A stretch of 63,947 nucleotides of DNA, filler included, from Intoshia linei (taxonomy: Eukaryota > Animalia > Orthonectida): NCBI GenBank assembly GCA_001642005.1. It is 6 parts of 6 records of this genome, joined end to end, with 100 filler letters (N's around TTAATTAATTAA, not from the genome) between each part and the next. Parts side by side here need not be neighbours in the genome. Positions count along the whole stretch, not along the records: positions 1 to 19,577 come from LWCA01000729.1; 5 more parts are not named here. One strand, 5' to 3'. Made by a program: the position numbers and the translations under genes. The notes under the pieces are model-generated. The model did not search any database. It was not told the origin of the DNA and saw nothing but the letters and a program-made list of their open reading frames with translations. Below, in pieces: positions 1 through 13,549 of the stretch (position 1 is its first letter; each line of letters begins with the position of its first letter).

Positions 1-72
1 CCTTCTTCATCGCCTTTTCCTTCTTCATCGCCTTTTCCTTCTTCATCGTCTTTTTTTTCTTCATCGTCTTTT
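1..72 (-). repeat. Coding tandem repeat, about 18 bp unit (GKGDEE/KKDDEE)
   Basis: ccttcttcatcgcctttt repeated with variants. Confidence 0.8.
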
Positions 73-362
73 GCTTTTTCACCATCTGTTCCATTTTCAT
101 TGTTTTTTACTTCTTCACCTTGATTGTTGTCTGAATATTCCCTTCTCTTTATAATCATTAATTGCCTTAACTTCAAACGATTACGTTTTGCGATGTTCCT
201 AAAACTTCTTTTTATATTATGATCATGTAGGGGATGTTTGCCGTCATTTAATTCATTTTCCACTTGATCTTTATTCATATCTACCAATAAATCATCATCA
301 GGGTTATCATTATTTGGATGACTATCTTTATATAATGCTTTCTTTGTACGTTCTTTTCTAGT
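1..362 (-). CDS. Internal exon of an acidic, low-complexity protein that runs off the window start
   Basis: Open frame after a tttag acceptor at 363: TRKERTKKALYKDSHPNNDNPDDD...EKAKDDEEKKDDEEGKGDEEGKGDEEG. Upstream exons unresolved (possible 12-nt microexon near 418-429). Confidence 0.6.
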
Positions 363-539
363 CTAAATATTAAATCAAAATAAAAAAAAATTTGACAACG
401 GATCGTGTTAAATAAACCTTTGTGGCACTCTAATTATTAAGTAACGTTTATTTTCATAATTTCTTACCTATAATCGTGCTTTCATAATAAACAAAATTAT
501 ATCAATCTGGATATGAAAAAATATTTAAAGTATAAGTAA

Positions 540-1153
540 CCCTTAGACACTACGAGCCATATTTTATTGTATACAATTGAAATGCAAAAAAATTTCAAAA
601 GCAAATATCATTTATTTCAAAACCATAAATATTTTAAAAATCAAGAATTTATATTTAAAAACACGCCTATATAGCAAAATATAAGACTCAAATTGTGTAT
701 TGAGTCGCACTAAACACTTTGCTTTGTGGTAAGGTACTCATGTTCTTGGTCTAAGTACATTAAATCACGATAATTTTAATTTAAATCATTTTGATTTTAA
801 ATTATAATTATACAAAAATTGTTCTCAGATATCCAAAAATATTCATCCAAATAAAAATTGCTTAGACTTGCTATAGTAATCATATGAATTCATTAAATCT
901 AAATTACTTAGATCTGAATATTCGTATAAATTGATACAGTAAAATGGAAAATACAAACCGTAATATTCAATGCATACTAAGAGTAAGTATATGTATTACT
1001 TAGTCTAAGTAATAAAATATCTAATCAACACGCCTATTACTCAGATCTAAGTAACTGTGATAATATTGAAATATATGATTACTCGGATCTGAGTAATTTT
1101 GATATTATTGAAATTTACAATTACTCAGATCTGAGTACTCTGGTGTCTAAGGG
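540..1153. mobile_element. piggyBac-like MITE with internal palindromic array
   Basis: TIR CCCTTAGACAC...GTGTCTAAGGG, flanked by GTAA/TTAA. Confidence 0.75.
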
Positions 1154-2443
1154 TTAACACGGTGTACTAGATTTCCCTACTGCAGTGCATATTGATCAGT
1201 ATTGCTGTGGTTTCACAACTTTTTTCCAGAGTAAGACTTGGAAAAATTTTATACAAACAGTTGTCCGTTCTGCTGTAGATAGTCAATAATATGCACGAAT
1301 TGATAAAATATAATAGTAAAATATTAAAACTTAAAGTAAAAAATCATGCAGCATTTATCATAAAATATCTGAATGTTTTTGACAATACTAAATATCATAA
1401 TTTACACATTAGTGCTATTTTACCTTTTTATTTCGCTGAAAACCTATATATATGGTATTATTGGAAATGTTAGTATAATAACATTATAGGATTATTACAT
1501 TTATCAAACAAAATTTTATTTTGTAAACCGGCTGAATATCACTGATTTATCTTACTTAATTGTTAAGTATTTTAGTTAATAATTTTAATAAGATTAATTT
1601 TCGTCAACTTTATAATGCTATACTAATAATACAACAGATTAATAAACAAAAATTTACCAAAACAGTGCACATGGACGTGTATACAAGACATGATAATATG
1701 ATGAATATCAAATATTTCATTTCAAAAATGTTTAAGAATTGAATTGTAAATTAGTCTACAGTTTCTACTACTACTTATATTTCTACTGAAACGTACAATT
1801 CAATATACATGTGTGTCGGTTGTCTTTGTTGATTTTTTATACACAAAAACTAAGTTGTTCAAGCTTATAAATAAAAAATAATGTAAATGGATTAGAAAAT
1901 TTTATTATGAAATTAAATAAGTACTTCACAAGAAAATGAAGAAATCCTTTTACTCTAAACAAATAAAGAAAACAGTTTAATTAGCAATTTTAGTTCTACA
2001 ATCATATTATTTAAGTCCTGTATGTTTGACACTATATTAGAGTATATTTATATAATTATTTACTGAACTATACTACATATATGTAGTTACACAATGTAAT
2101 TAATATTATAATGTAACATCCTTACATATATATAGTACCTTGCATAAATGTAAGCACCTTGACTGTTTTGTAATTCGTTCAAACACAGTTAACTCTTCCG
2201 AGGGTCATTTTTTAAATTTTAAATTGAAAACATATTTCTGTATTTCGAATTTGTAGATCAGAGTGGGATAGCACAGCCTTATTGACAATTTGGTGTGGCC
2301 TTCTGAACAATTTTAAAATGTTAATTTTGGAATTTTTTTGGGAAAATATCATTGTTTATAAAATTTATTCATTATTTGACTCTTATATAGTAATTACTTA
2401 AGCCAAAAATGGCATAGATTACATAATGTAATCTCATTATGAT

Positions 2444-3420
2444 TTGATTTTAGAAACTTTAAATAATTTTGATAAAACACTTGATAATGTGGTAGCATTG
2501 ATTGGAGATAATTGTGAAACTAACAAATCCCTCAGCAAAATTTGTGGTGTACCATTTGTCGGATGTGCAAGTCATAGATTTAATTTGGCTATTAAAGACT
2601 ACATAAATAACATTGTACAATTATTAGGAAAGTCAATAATTTAATGGCAGAATTAAAAAACATTAAATTATCGGCTGCCTTGCATCATTTTACTATACTT
2701 AAACCTGTTCAAATGAACGTAACAAGATAGAGTAAGACAGCTGAAATGATAAATAGGTAAACTAATCTTTAAAATTACTTATTATTATTTATTTAGATAC
2801 TTTATGCTTAGACTTTATTTGGAATTTTTGCCCCAATACACGAATTTACATTGGATGAAAATGAAATTAATACTTTATTAAGAATTCAAACACACATGAA
2901 TAATTTAACTCCGTAACATTAACTTTACAACGAATATCAACAGATATGGTTGATGTACGAAATATCTTTAAAGAACTAGTAATACAATATCCATCTATGA
3001 GCAGATACTTTAATGAAGATTCGAAAATTGTTTTGAGCAAACATTTTGAGAAATGAGTTGTGAAAATTCTTGATAATCATGAACATTTGCTGCTTAAACC
3101 TGAATTAAAAGCTGTGAAATTATTAAAAATAAATGATTCAAGTAATAATTTATTAATTATTTATAGTAATTGATGAGGAGGATTGTGATTTTGCTTTTAG
3201 TATAATAAAAAAAAATCCAATTCAAATGATACTGAATACCTTAATTCTAAGTTTATCGTCCCAACATTTGATATGATTGAAAAATTTTTCAATGTGGCAG
3301 AATTTACTTATACAAATTTAAAGAAACGATTATTACCATCAAATTTGGAGAATCACCTATTCCTAAAACTCAACAAAAAATTTTGGGACACTGAGACAAT
3401 TCAGAATATGGATATAATAT
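2444..3420 (+). pseudogene. Decayed hAT-superfamily transposase containing a spliceosomal-type intron
   Basis: Motifs IGDNCETN, GCASHRFNLAI, TR*SKTAEMINRY (TRW motif) and a C-terminal hAT dimerisation-like region PTFDMIEKFF...LLPSNLENHLFLKLNKKFW. Several stops and frameshifts. Confidence 0.75.
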
Positions 3421-4362
3421 AGTTTTTTTATATTAAACTAATTGTAAATAAAATTACTTTATTATATATTTATAGTTAATTGTATATTTGCATCGATCAT
3501 CCCACAATTCATCGAGGAACTTTATATTTGAAACCCATTTATTAGATTGGAAAAATATATTATCGGAAAACCTTAGAATCTTATCTATATAAACCAGTGT
3601 TCGTCAAACTTATTTCTAACGCGGGGCACATTGACCTTAATTGTTAATTAAAATAAAACCAATCCAATACCAATTGTTTTCAGAAACCAATCTAAAACCA
3701 ACTCTATTTAAAAACCAATCTAATTGGAATTGACACCAATTCTTTTTATAAATCCAATGCATTGATTGTTAACAAAAGAATTGATTGCAATCAATTATTT
3801 TCAATGCTTGGTGACCACCACATTAATCATTTAAATATTAAATATATTAATCAATTTGATAAAATAAAAGGTTAGTAAAATTGCAGATAAATTCCATGGA
3901 TTACATTCATGTATATTTATTTATTAAAAAGTTTTAGTAGAACCAAACCTATCCTAGACCCATTTTATTGACATTTAAATAATGCCTACAAATGCTAAAT
4001 ATGTTTAAAATGCATTCTCTCGTATTCAATATGGAAAAAAATTGATTTTATGGGCTAAAACTTGCCCTAGTTATAACATGCACAAAATAACGTAATAAGT
4101 GTATAAAAAAAATTAAGGTGTGTTGGTGAGTTAAGATTTGTGACGCTGTGAGAGCGCTGTAATGTAAAAGGTTAGAAATTTCTGGGCTAGACGAATTCAA
4201 ACATGCATCAACTCAAAAGGTAACCCTAAAAAGATTTAATTGTGTATATATCGTAATTAATTTACAATTGTATGTATTTAGCTGTTTATTGAGTGCGATT
4301 GTGTCCCATAATAAAAAGCCTTACATTTAAAGAAGTTTAAAGTTTAAACATTTTCCAAATAT

Positions 4363-5356
4363 TTAAATGTCGAAATGTTTATTTTTAGGAACTAAAACAA
4401 CACAATCAGTGATTTTTCGTCCCAATTTTGTCAATTCTTCAAATTTGACACATTTTTTCTTGAAATGTATTTTGTTGTTTAAAATCTAATTAAAATTATA
4501 TTAATTAAACATAAAATACCCCAATAGAATTTGGAATTTGAGAAGGATCAACGTGTAATAGCCAGCCATTGGTAGATAGCAAATTAACAGCATCTTCTTC
4601 AGTAACTCTAACAATTTTATATTCATGAATTCCTACGCGTTCCATTTCCTAAAAGTCTATAAAATATACCATTAACTAATTTAACCAAAAGTAATTCTTC
4701 TGTAATTTTATTTTTTGCTGCACACATTACATTATAATTAATCATTGAAATTAAAGATTTTAGGTGTTGTGTTGGATCTGATATCTTTACAATACTTGTT
4801 GAATAGTCTGTAAATATTGATGCCACAAACTGAGCACCTTCAATATTTGTATATTGATTCAACCCTACTATTATTTCACTCCCTAATAACAAATTACAAG
4901 TAATAAATATACATTATATTACCCGTCCATAAAACATCGGAACCAACAACAGACGCGCAGTCCGAATCCACTTCGAAAATATTTAGACCGAAATCATTAA
5001 GCAAATCTCGTATGAGCGCAATCTAAAATATAATTATATTTTTAATACAATTTAACATTATTATCCACAATATCCATAAGTACATTGGCCGGTCTGCACA
5101 ATAAGGCTACCCCATCAATAACAATAAGCCAATCGGATATAAAAAGTAGTTCTAAGTTATTATCTTGTTGAGATTTTACAGTGCATACTGTTAATTTGAG
5201 ATCTATAGCCAACATACTCATTATTGTATGATGCTCGTCTTTAGCATGAGACCAATTAATATCGAAATGGTTACTACGAATTTTTTCACTCAATGTTAAC
5301 TGATCCGGGATTGAACCGACCAGAGCAAATGAATTATTTAAAATGTTACACACCAT
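4363..5356 (-). CDS. DDAH: Dimethylarginine dimethylaminohydrolase-like protein, 5 exons, probably catalytically divergent
   Basis: Spliced product has VIDGVALLCRP, VVGSDVLWTG, IIVGLNQYTNIEGA, QHLKS and EELTKLGRKITDCVVLV, colinear with DDAH1/2. Confidence 0.85.
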
Positions 5357-5933
5357 GGCTGTATAATTATTTATATAGTAAAATAAACAAAAATAAAGAT
5401 AAAAATGTTATAGGCTTATTTGTATTATAACACGAACATTAAAAACATGAAATAATAATTATTTACACTTCTAGTTAAGAATTTTTAAAATTATCTAACG
5501 ATACGAGTCTTGTGTATGACATACGAGGCCGTAGGGTTAGTTATATAATACAATGCAAGTGAAAGTTACTTATCTAACAAATTTAAAGTTAAAGTTAATC
5601 TTATACATCATAATTACATTGCATTGTACATAATCTCAAAAATATGAGAAAGTTATGAAATAAGAAAATGGGAAACTTTTTAAAAAATAACCATAACATG
5701 AATCAAATTTAATCACTGAAAGATATATTATACATACATTTAAAAATGTTAATGTTAATTTAAGGTCAACGAAAAATATATAATTTGTGTTTTTGGCAGG
5801 TTGAGAATCACTGGTATATATGATTGAATAATGATAATCACCGCTTGAGACATTTGGCCTACATTTGAAAAGTGTATAAATACACAAACAAATAATTAGT
5901 ATGGTTAAATTATATATAAATTGACGCAATGTC

Positions 5934-6374
5934 TTAATGGGTTAATGGATTTTTTTTGTTCATTTTGTAATAAATATTAATTTTGGAAAAAGTAGTTGCC
6001 TTATTAATATAAGAACGACTGATTAATTCTATCATATTTATAAATATATTTTTAAAAGTATAACTTACATCACCTTCCTGATTGGTTTTTCCATGAGATG
6101 GAGGTTTGCATATACATGCAGTGTTATCAATGATGACCACAAGTTCACCTACAAAGCAAGTATGGGGAAAATTTTTATCGTTAGGTAATTCACACAAGGT
6201 AACATCTACTGATTGAAGCGTATCCTTTAAAAGTTCAATTTCGTTAATGATTAAATTGTGTGCAGAATCATTCGACTTCACCATGGATCCAAGTATAGCA
6301 TAACTATGCTTCATAAAGTATTTGTCAGAGTCCAGATTCAAAGTATTGTTCAAAGTGCTGTTCAAAGTTTCCAT
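5934..6374 (-). CDS. Second, apparently truncated DDAH-like paralogue (N-terminal exon; donor near 6069)
   Basis: SYAILGS...VTLCELPNDKNFPHTCFVGELVVIIDNTACICKP matches the DDAH N-terminus (LPADESLPDCVFVEDVAVV...ALITRP). No convincing downstream exons. Confidence 0.65.
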   Translation of the reverse strand: METLNSTLNNTLNLDSDKYFMKHSYAILGSMVKSNDSAHNLIINEIELLKDTLQSVDVTLCELPNDKNFPHTCFVGELVVIIDNTACICKPPSHGKTNQEGDVSYTFKNIFINMIELISRSYINKATTFSKINIYYKMNKKNPLTH

Positions 6375-6695
6375 TATTTTATTGTCGATAAAATTTAGTT
6401 GTTATTAAACTGAGGCAACGCAATCTAATGAACGATAAAATTTGGATAAATATGAATTGTTGAAAATATTTAATGGACTATATCTTAAATGTATTTATTA
6501 TTTACTACTGTAACAAATAATCGTAATAATAATTAAAATATTTAGATCACAGTAATTCAGTCTATTGATTTATACTACATCGACATGTTTCTCAGAAACA
6601 TGATGATATAAATAGTTAGAGCTTTGTTGGATACTGGTCAATTTTACAATAACAGTACTTTGTTTAATCATTTGTTTATCAAGAATCGTTAACGT

Positions 6696-9600
6696 ATGAT
6701 GCCGCGTTGGTTCGATCGCACCTTAAAAAAGGATAAAAAAAAATTTCCATATCCTTTCCACGTTGATATAACTGATACAGATTGTTCAAGTAATGAGTGG
6801 TTCAACGAAACATATCTTGAAAGTTTAAAAAAAAAAACAGAAAATCAGATTGGTATCAAAACTTATGCAAACTTATTTATAACATTTAGAACCACATTAT
6901 TCCAAACCTACAGACCTTTTAAATTTAGATTATGAAACATGTAACCATTGCATTGGATACTCAGAAATTGATTGCAATTATGTTGAAGGATTAACCGAAT
7001 ATTCAAATGCAAGTATGCAACCGGAGATTCTTTTGGATAGCTTTAATCGTTTAAATTTGAAACATTCTAACAATTTTAATCAATTCCAAAATTCTCGTTT
7101 AAGAACACATCAAAATATGCAACACAATTGTAAATCCACTGGATACGATAACTGCCCTAATTCAGAAACGATAGTTAAATACGTGAGCTACAAAAAAGAA
7201 AGAGAAAATTTTCCATTAAATGATTGTTACAAAACTGAAAATATAGATACTAGATATTGTTCTAACCAAATACATATCCAAAGTAAACTTTTAGATAATG
7301 ATTTAAAAACAAATAGTTCAATAAACAACTTTTCACAAACTAAAATATTATCCAATGATGATTTGAAATGTCCATCATCAGTATCATTCATGTCACATAA
7401 CACAGAAAAAAGACAAGATGAATCTTCATGTACAAATTTATTACAATTGTCAAATAGTGCCAATTTCGAAAAAAAAAATCCAAAAATGTCAAACAAATAT
7501 GAAACAGAAAATATAGATACATCTTTTTCTGTCAACAACTCTAATGAGGCTTCTCTTCAAACCGAATTGAATTGGTTTGAGCCAAAAATTGAATATATTG
7601 ACAATGGAAATGTGGCTAACGTAAATATTGTAGAGAAAAAAAAATTTACTTTGGGAAGTTTAAATGAAAATCATCAAAATATAAATCTACCTGTTATCAA
7701 TAGATCTTGGACCATTTTGGACAGTATCGACACCGAAGTGAACGGACCTGAAGAATTGGATGACAATTTCGAAGATACTATATATAATTCTGATACTGAA
7801 TTAAAGCCAAGACTTGACAGAAAAATTGAAAATAATTTTGACACTACCGAATGTAAAAAATCTCAACTTACTAAAGAATCTAATATTGGTAATTTATATT
7901 TTATTAAAGGCCGCTCACCATTATTAATTTAGTGGAAATTAATGTAATTATATCATAATTGTGTATAACAGGCATTTTCAATGTCTATTCATACTTTTTA
8001 AATTTTTAAAAAATGAGACTAGAAGGATTTATGAAATTAAATTTGAGAATGATGGGGTGCGCAAAATATTATACAGTAACTCTTGATTAATGAGATTTCG
8101 ATTAACGCGGTTAAAATTATTTCGATTAGTGCGATTACATTTGAGGACTCCATCCCTCGCTTTGTGCGCTTTTAATGAAATTGGGAAATTATTAATTCAA
8201 CTTCAGTTAAGGAATTTGTTGCCCATAAGATTTGGTAAAATCTGAATTTTTAAAAAAATATTGAAAAAATATTGATAAAACTTGATTTTTCCCTGAGGGT
8301 TTGAAATGGTATTTTTTTTTCAAGTTTTATTAATTTTGGGATAAAAGTGAGATTTTTGAAATAATAATGTAGCTCTCGTCGAGGCTTTGGGATAAATTCC
8401 CAACATCTGGCAACTATGTAATAAATATTAAAAATTATCCTATAAAAATAAACAAAAGTTGAAACAATATTTTTTTATTTTATTTGAATCTCACGAACCC
8501 AGCCATACATTTTAGACCCAATCTGGAACTCTTTGAACAAGTTTGGAGTCTAAACGGAGTTTAAAGGGTTGGTAAAAATTTCGTTAAATTTTAATGGATA
8601 ATATAATAAAATCAGAAAAATCACTTTTTCTTTTTATCAGGCTTAATTTTGATGTATAATGTTGATTTGTAGTACCTATCATATATCAAGATCTGCACAA
8701 TACGGCTTTTTTAACTAAAACTATGACAGACACAGATATACCATTGTTTATAGGCTTAAAGAAATTAGGTGTTTTATTTTTATTATCTATCCAGGAATGT
8801 TTTATACCAAAAAAATTAAGAACTGCCACCTCTGTACAATAGTGAATATGAGTTTGAAGTTAACATTTCTCTGGATATTTATTTTAATATACTTTAATGA
8901 AAACATTAATGCTTTTTAACTAAATAAGTAACGCAAACATTTCTTTTTACATTTTTTGTTACTTTAAAACAGAAATCGTTTTCAAATTTTTTACAAAGTA
9001 CTTAGTATAAAGTATAAGTAAAGTATAAAATATATTAGTACAAAGTATTTATTACAAAGTTTTTATCAAATTCTGAAATAATTTATTTTGGTGGTATTTT
9101 TTTAACCAAAATTTGAAATTATTGAGAGGTTATTTGGTCAATTTTTTGGGTATATTTGTTTCATCTATGCCATTATTTATTAAGAAAACAAAAAAAAATT
9201 TCCAGTTTTCAATCTTCTAATACATTATTATAAATCTATTTTGATTCTATTATCTTTAAAGTGTTGTAAATATTTATAATATATTGTAATATTTTCCACT
9301 ATTTGGATATCCTAATTTACAATATTACGTTGACTCAATTTTTTTGATAAAAATTATATTCATACCCTTCAATGTTGGTATTGGTAATTCAGCATATTTT
9401 TATTCTCAAAATTGATTGTATTGTGGTTTTTTCACCTTTTTATAATTAAAACCAATGACAAAACAATTTAATTTGCATTAATCAATTACTGCAAAGATTT
9501 TTTTAATTTAAAATAATTATAATAATAAAATAAATCAGCTTATATCTGTATCGACTATGAATTTTTTTTTATCATGTATTATTTAAAATATTTGTATTTA

Positions 9601-11553
9601 TTTTTAAATTCTATTATTAGACTACTTGGATAAAATGAAAGATGATAATGATTCTGAAAAATCTCTATCTAGTGTTTCGATAATTTATTTATCTGATGAT
9701 TCTCTTTCTTTTGATGGTGAAAAATCGAAAAAAATCAAGTCTATTACCAAAAATTTTTCTTTAAATAATACAAAACCTTATAAGTTTAAAAATAGTATTA
9801 AAGAAGCTAACGGGTACCAAAATTCTCTTAATGAATTTTTAGATCGTGAAACTAATTTTTCACCCATTTCACTTAAATCAAACATTTCAATGCGCCGTAG
9901 TGATGATGATACAATACACATGTATGATTCCGATGTAAATAAACACCTCAAAACAAATACACTTCCTAAACCAAAAATTAAAAAAAAAAATTTTCAACAA
10001 AAAATGCCCGAAAGTTTTTCAAATTATCAAATGAATGATAAAAACAGTAAAATCAAAAGCTACAATTCGAATTTGGAATATTTAGTAAGTATATATGAGA
10101 GACAAGTTTCTGAGTTGAAAAAAACTATATCCAATTTAAAATTTCAAATTCATGATTTGGAAATAAAAAATTGTCACCAAAAAAATTTAAAACAAGATAA
10201 TATTTATTCAAATTACAATCAATACAACCACGATGACATAAAAAATATAAATTTATCAAATTCTCAGGAAAATGCAAAATTTCAACTTAGTAATAGATTT
10301 TTTTATAAAGCGGTAATTTTACAATCGCAGCTACAAATGATAAAAACCATTTATGAAAATGATAAAGTGTCCATAAAAAATTTATCATCTATCATAAAAA
10401 AGGTACGTAGTGAATACGATGAAATTTATCAAGAATTTAATAGCCATATTGTTTCTGATATTTATCATGTGATCGACCCAAACGATAAAATACGTTATTT
10501 ATACATTGAAATAGAAAGGACTTTGCAGCACTTAGAAGGACGCTTAAGAAAGTATAGAAATTATAAATGCATAATTTATGATAATGTCAGTGGCGACGAA
10601 GATAATTATTCTTCATTTGGAGAAGAATCCAGTACTTCACATGACTCTGTTTCAAATGTAATGGATTCTAGTATTAATACAAAATTAAATAAAAATTTTA
10701 ATTTTGACGGAAAAAAAATTATTATGGATAAAAAATCATATAGTAACTTTTTGATTAAACTTAAATCTCCAAATTTAAACAATTTCGAAGCAAATTCTCA
10801 AACCAATATAAAAAATTCATCTAATCAAAGTATTAAGCAAGATGATTCGGATTTAAAATTTAATATTAACAAACAGTATATGTGTAATATGAATAACTTT
10901 AAATGTGATAAAAGTTCAATTTCTGCTTCTAAAAGTTTTTCTGTACCAAGAAACACAGACATTACAGAAAATACATTGTATAAAATTGAAAATGGATCTT
11001 ATAGAAATTCTAACGGATATATTCCCACCGAAGATTCACTATCCTCAAAATATTTAATCAGAAATACAAAGCATCCGCCACAGCAAAACTCTGTAAGTCT
11101 TATTTAATGTACATGTAATTAATATTTTGATTTAGCTCAATACGGGACAGTTATTTGGTAAAACCAATCGGTAAAGTCTGCATCTCTAATTTTGTAAATG
11201 TAGTTTTTAGAGTGAGAAATCATAGACTTTCTGCGGATAGTATAGTTATAAATAGCGAAAATTCTAATAAAAGAAACAATTTTAAAGTCAAATACAACTC
11301 TCTTCTGAAAAAAGATGAAAACAAAAAAGAATTGCTACTCAAATACAATACTAATTCAGAATTAAAACCGAAACCAAAACGAATTTTGGATAATCAAATG
11401 AAAATGAATCAAAAACCCATGTTATTAAATTTTATCCATCGAAAACCAATAGTTTCCTCCCATATGTATAAATTTGAAACAAATGAGGTAAACCACGGCT
11501 TAAAAGAAAAGAAAAATTCAAATCCACAATTCGTTTTGTTCAAAAAGAAATAA
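6696..11553 (+). CDS. Large Asn/Ser/Lys-rich protein with a central coiled coil, function unknown (about 5 exons)
   Basis: Phase-compatible GT-AG joins link ORFs 6696-6852, about 6930-7888, 9621-11092, 11136-11157 and 11204-11553. Confidence 0.6.
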
Positions 11554-11588
11554 TTAAATATATATTTTGTTAAATAAAATGTTCATGA

Positions 11589-13549
11589 CTAAAAACACGT
11601 CGTTTTAACCAACATTCCAGTGACTTTATATGGATCACAATTTGAAGAGGGTCTAAAAATTGATTTAAATATTGCTTATCAGAAATGAGATATAAAAAAC
11701 CGTCTATCTTCCAGATAACCAAATCCATCATAACTACATTGACGTGGAATTCGAATACTTGCTGAGCGATTGGCTACACCAGACGAAAATTTATCTATAG
11801 ATGCGGTTTCGTGAAGCCCCGTCAATCTTCTTGCATTGTCTTTTCCTTGGTTGGGATCATATTCTTTTATATGTTCATCGTGATTCAACGACAACTTTTT
11901 TATTGCATCTTCAATATATCTACACTGAGTAACTACATGTAATGCATAGTCTCACCTGATGCCATCCCTTTCACGCATTCGTTTCGTACTATAATTACAA
12001 TGAGCACCTGAACCATTCCAGTCTCCAGGAACAATTTTAGGATCTAAAGATACTCCAACATCAAAATCTTCAGCAACTCTTTGCAAAATGTATCGAGATA
12101 TCCATAGCTGGTCTCCCATTGCAATGCCTTCGACTGGTCCAATTTGATATTCCCACTAAAAATGAAATATAAATAAATATTTCATCGTTTATCTAATATT
12201 TTAAAATTAATACAACACTTAATTGAACATTTTGTGTATTTCACACTTTAAGACAACAACAAACCTTTGAGTAACGTAACTAAAAAAATACTCGTCATTA
12301 TCAGGAAGTTGAAGAAAAATAATAAATATCAGTGAATCATTAAATAAATAAGTAATTTTCATTTTATGTTAAGACAGAAATAATTATATTTAAGTACTAT
12401 AGACTTCCACAATTTTTAAAAAAATTTTCATGAATCAAAAATGTCCATTGTACACCGAAAAACGAGTTCAAAATGATAGTTAACCCTGAGCTAAAATATA
12501 CATTTTTGTACAGTACGTTTCATATTTAAATTGTTTAAAATACATGTATTGTAGATTAAAATTCCTAATATTGAATATATTCAAAATGAGGTGACCGATT
12601 TAAAAAAATATTGAATTATTGTCAATAAAATCAAAATTTTTGTCTCTTGCAAGACACTATTCAATAGTAATTGATTCATAAGTTTTATTTATTTATTAAT
12701 GTCAGAATAACAGGCATCAATAGTCAATAGGCATCAGTAGTAAACAAATAAAACTCAACGGCCTACATAAAAATTAAAATCCATATAATAAACTGTATAA
12801 ACGCGCAGTACATTAAAGATTCTAAATCTAATTGAAGACACCTAAGAAAATGGGCATATTAAAATAACCTGTCCAGGCATGACTTCAGCATTTGTTCCAG
12901 AGACAGTTAAACCAGCATAAAGACAAGCTTTATAATGGCTATCCGAAATAGCACGACCATAAACATTTCCTTGACCAGCAGCACAATAATAAGGTCCCTG
13001 TGGTCCTGGAAATCCATTGTCAGGCCATCCCAATGGTTTTTTATTTTTTGAAAGCATCGTATACTCTTGTTCAATTCCAAACCATGGTCGTTGTTCGCGG
13101 ACTTGGTCCATAATCGCAACAACTTTATCTCTATGATTTGTACCTATTTAATAATTTAAAACTAAAACAATATTAATTAACTAGTGGGTCGATTTTCATA
13201 GTCGTAAGTTGCACACATAACTAATTTATTGTTTCCACGAAAAAAGGGATCGTTATAAACTGCTATAGGATGCAAATAAACATCAGAGTTTAAACCTGAT
13301 GCTTGTCCAGTAGAACTTCCATCAAAGTTCCATATTGGAAAATCTAAACAAAAAATATCATCATTTTATACGTATATAACCTTCGATTGAAATATTTTTC
13401 TTTGTTGATCTTATAGTTTTCGATTTACCACGAACATTTTCACCACTTCCATCAATCCAAACATATGTGGCTATTATATTACATTGCCCCTGGTCCAAAT
13501 CCATATAATAAGCGTGAGTACTCATATCTATACTATCTTCAGTACACAT
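11589..13549 (-). CDS. GLUL: Glutamine synthetase (GSII), 6 exons
   Basis: [89 protein letters not shown]. Confidence 0.98.

Noticed and set aside
418-510. In-frame TAG at an apparent exon end, suggesting stop-codon reassignment
   Set aside because: All conserved genes here read normally in the standard code and GS ends in TAG; more likely a wrong exon model.
904-1138. CRISPR-like palindromic repeat/spacer array
   Set aside because: The spacers resemble each other, the array lies inside MITE TIRs, the context is eukaryotic, and there are no cas genes.
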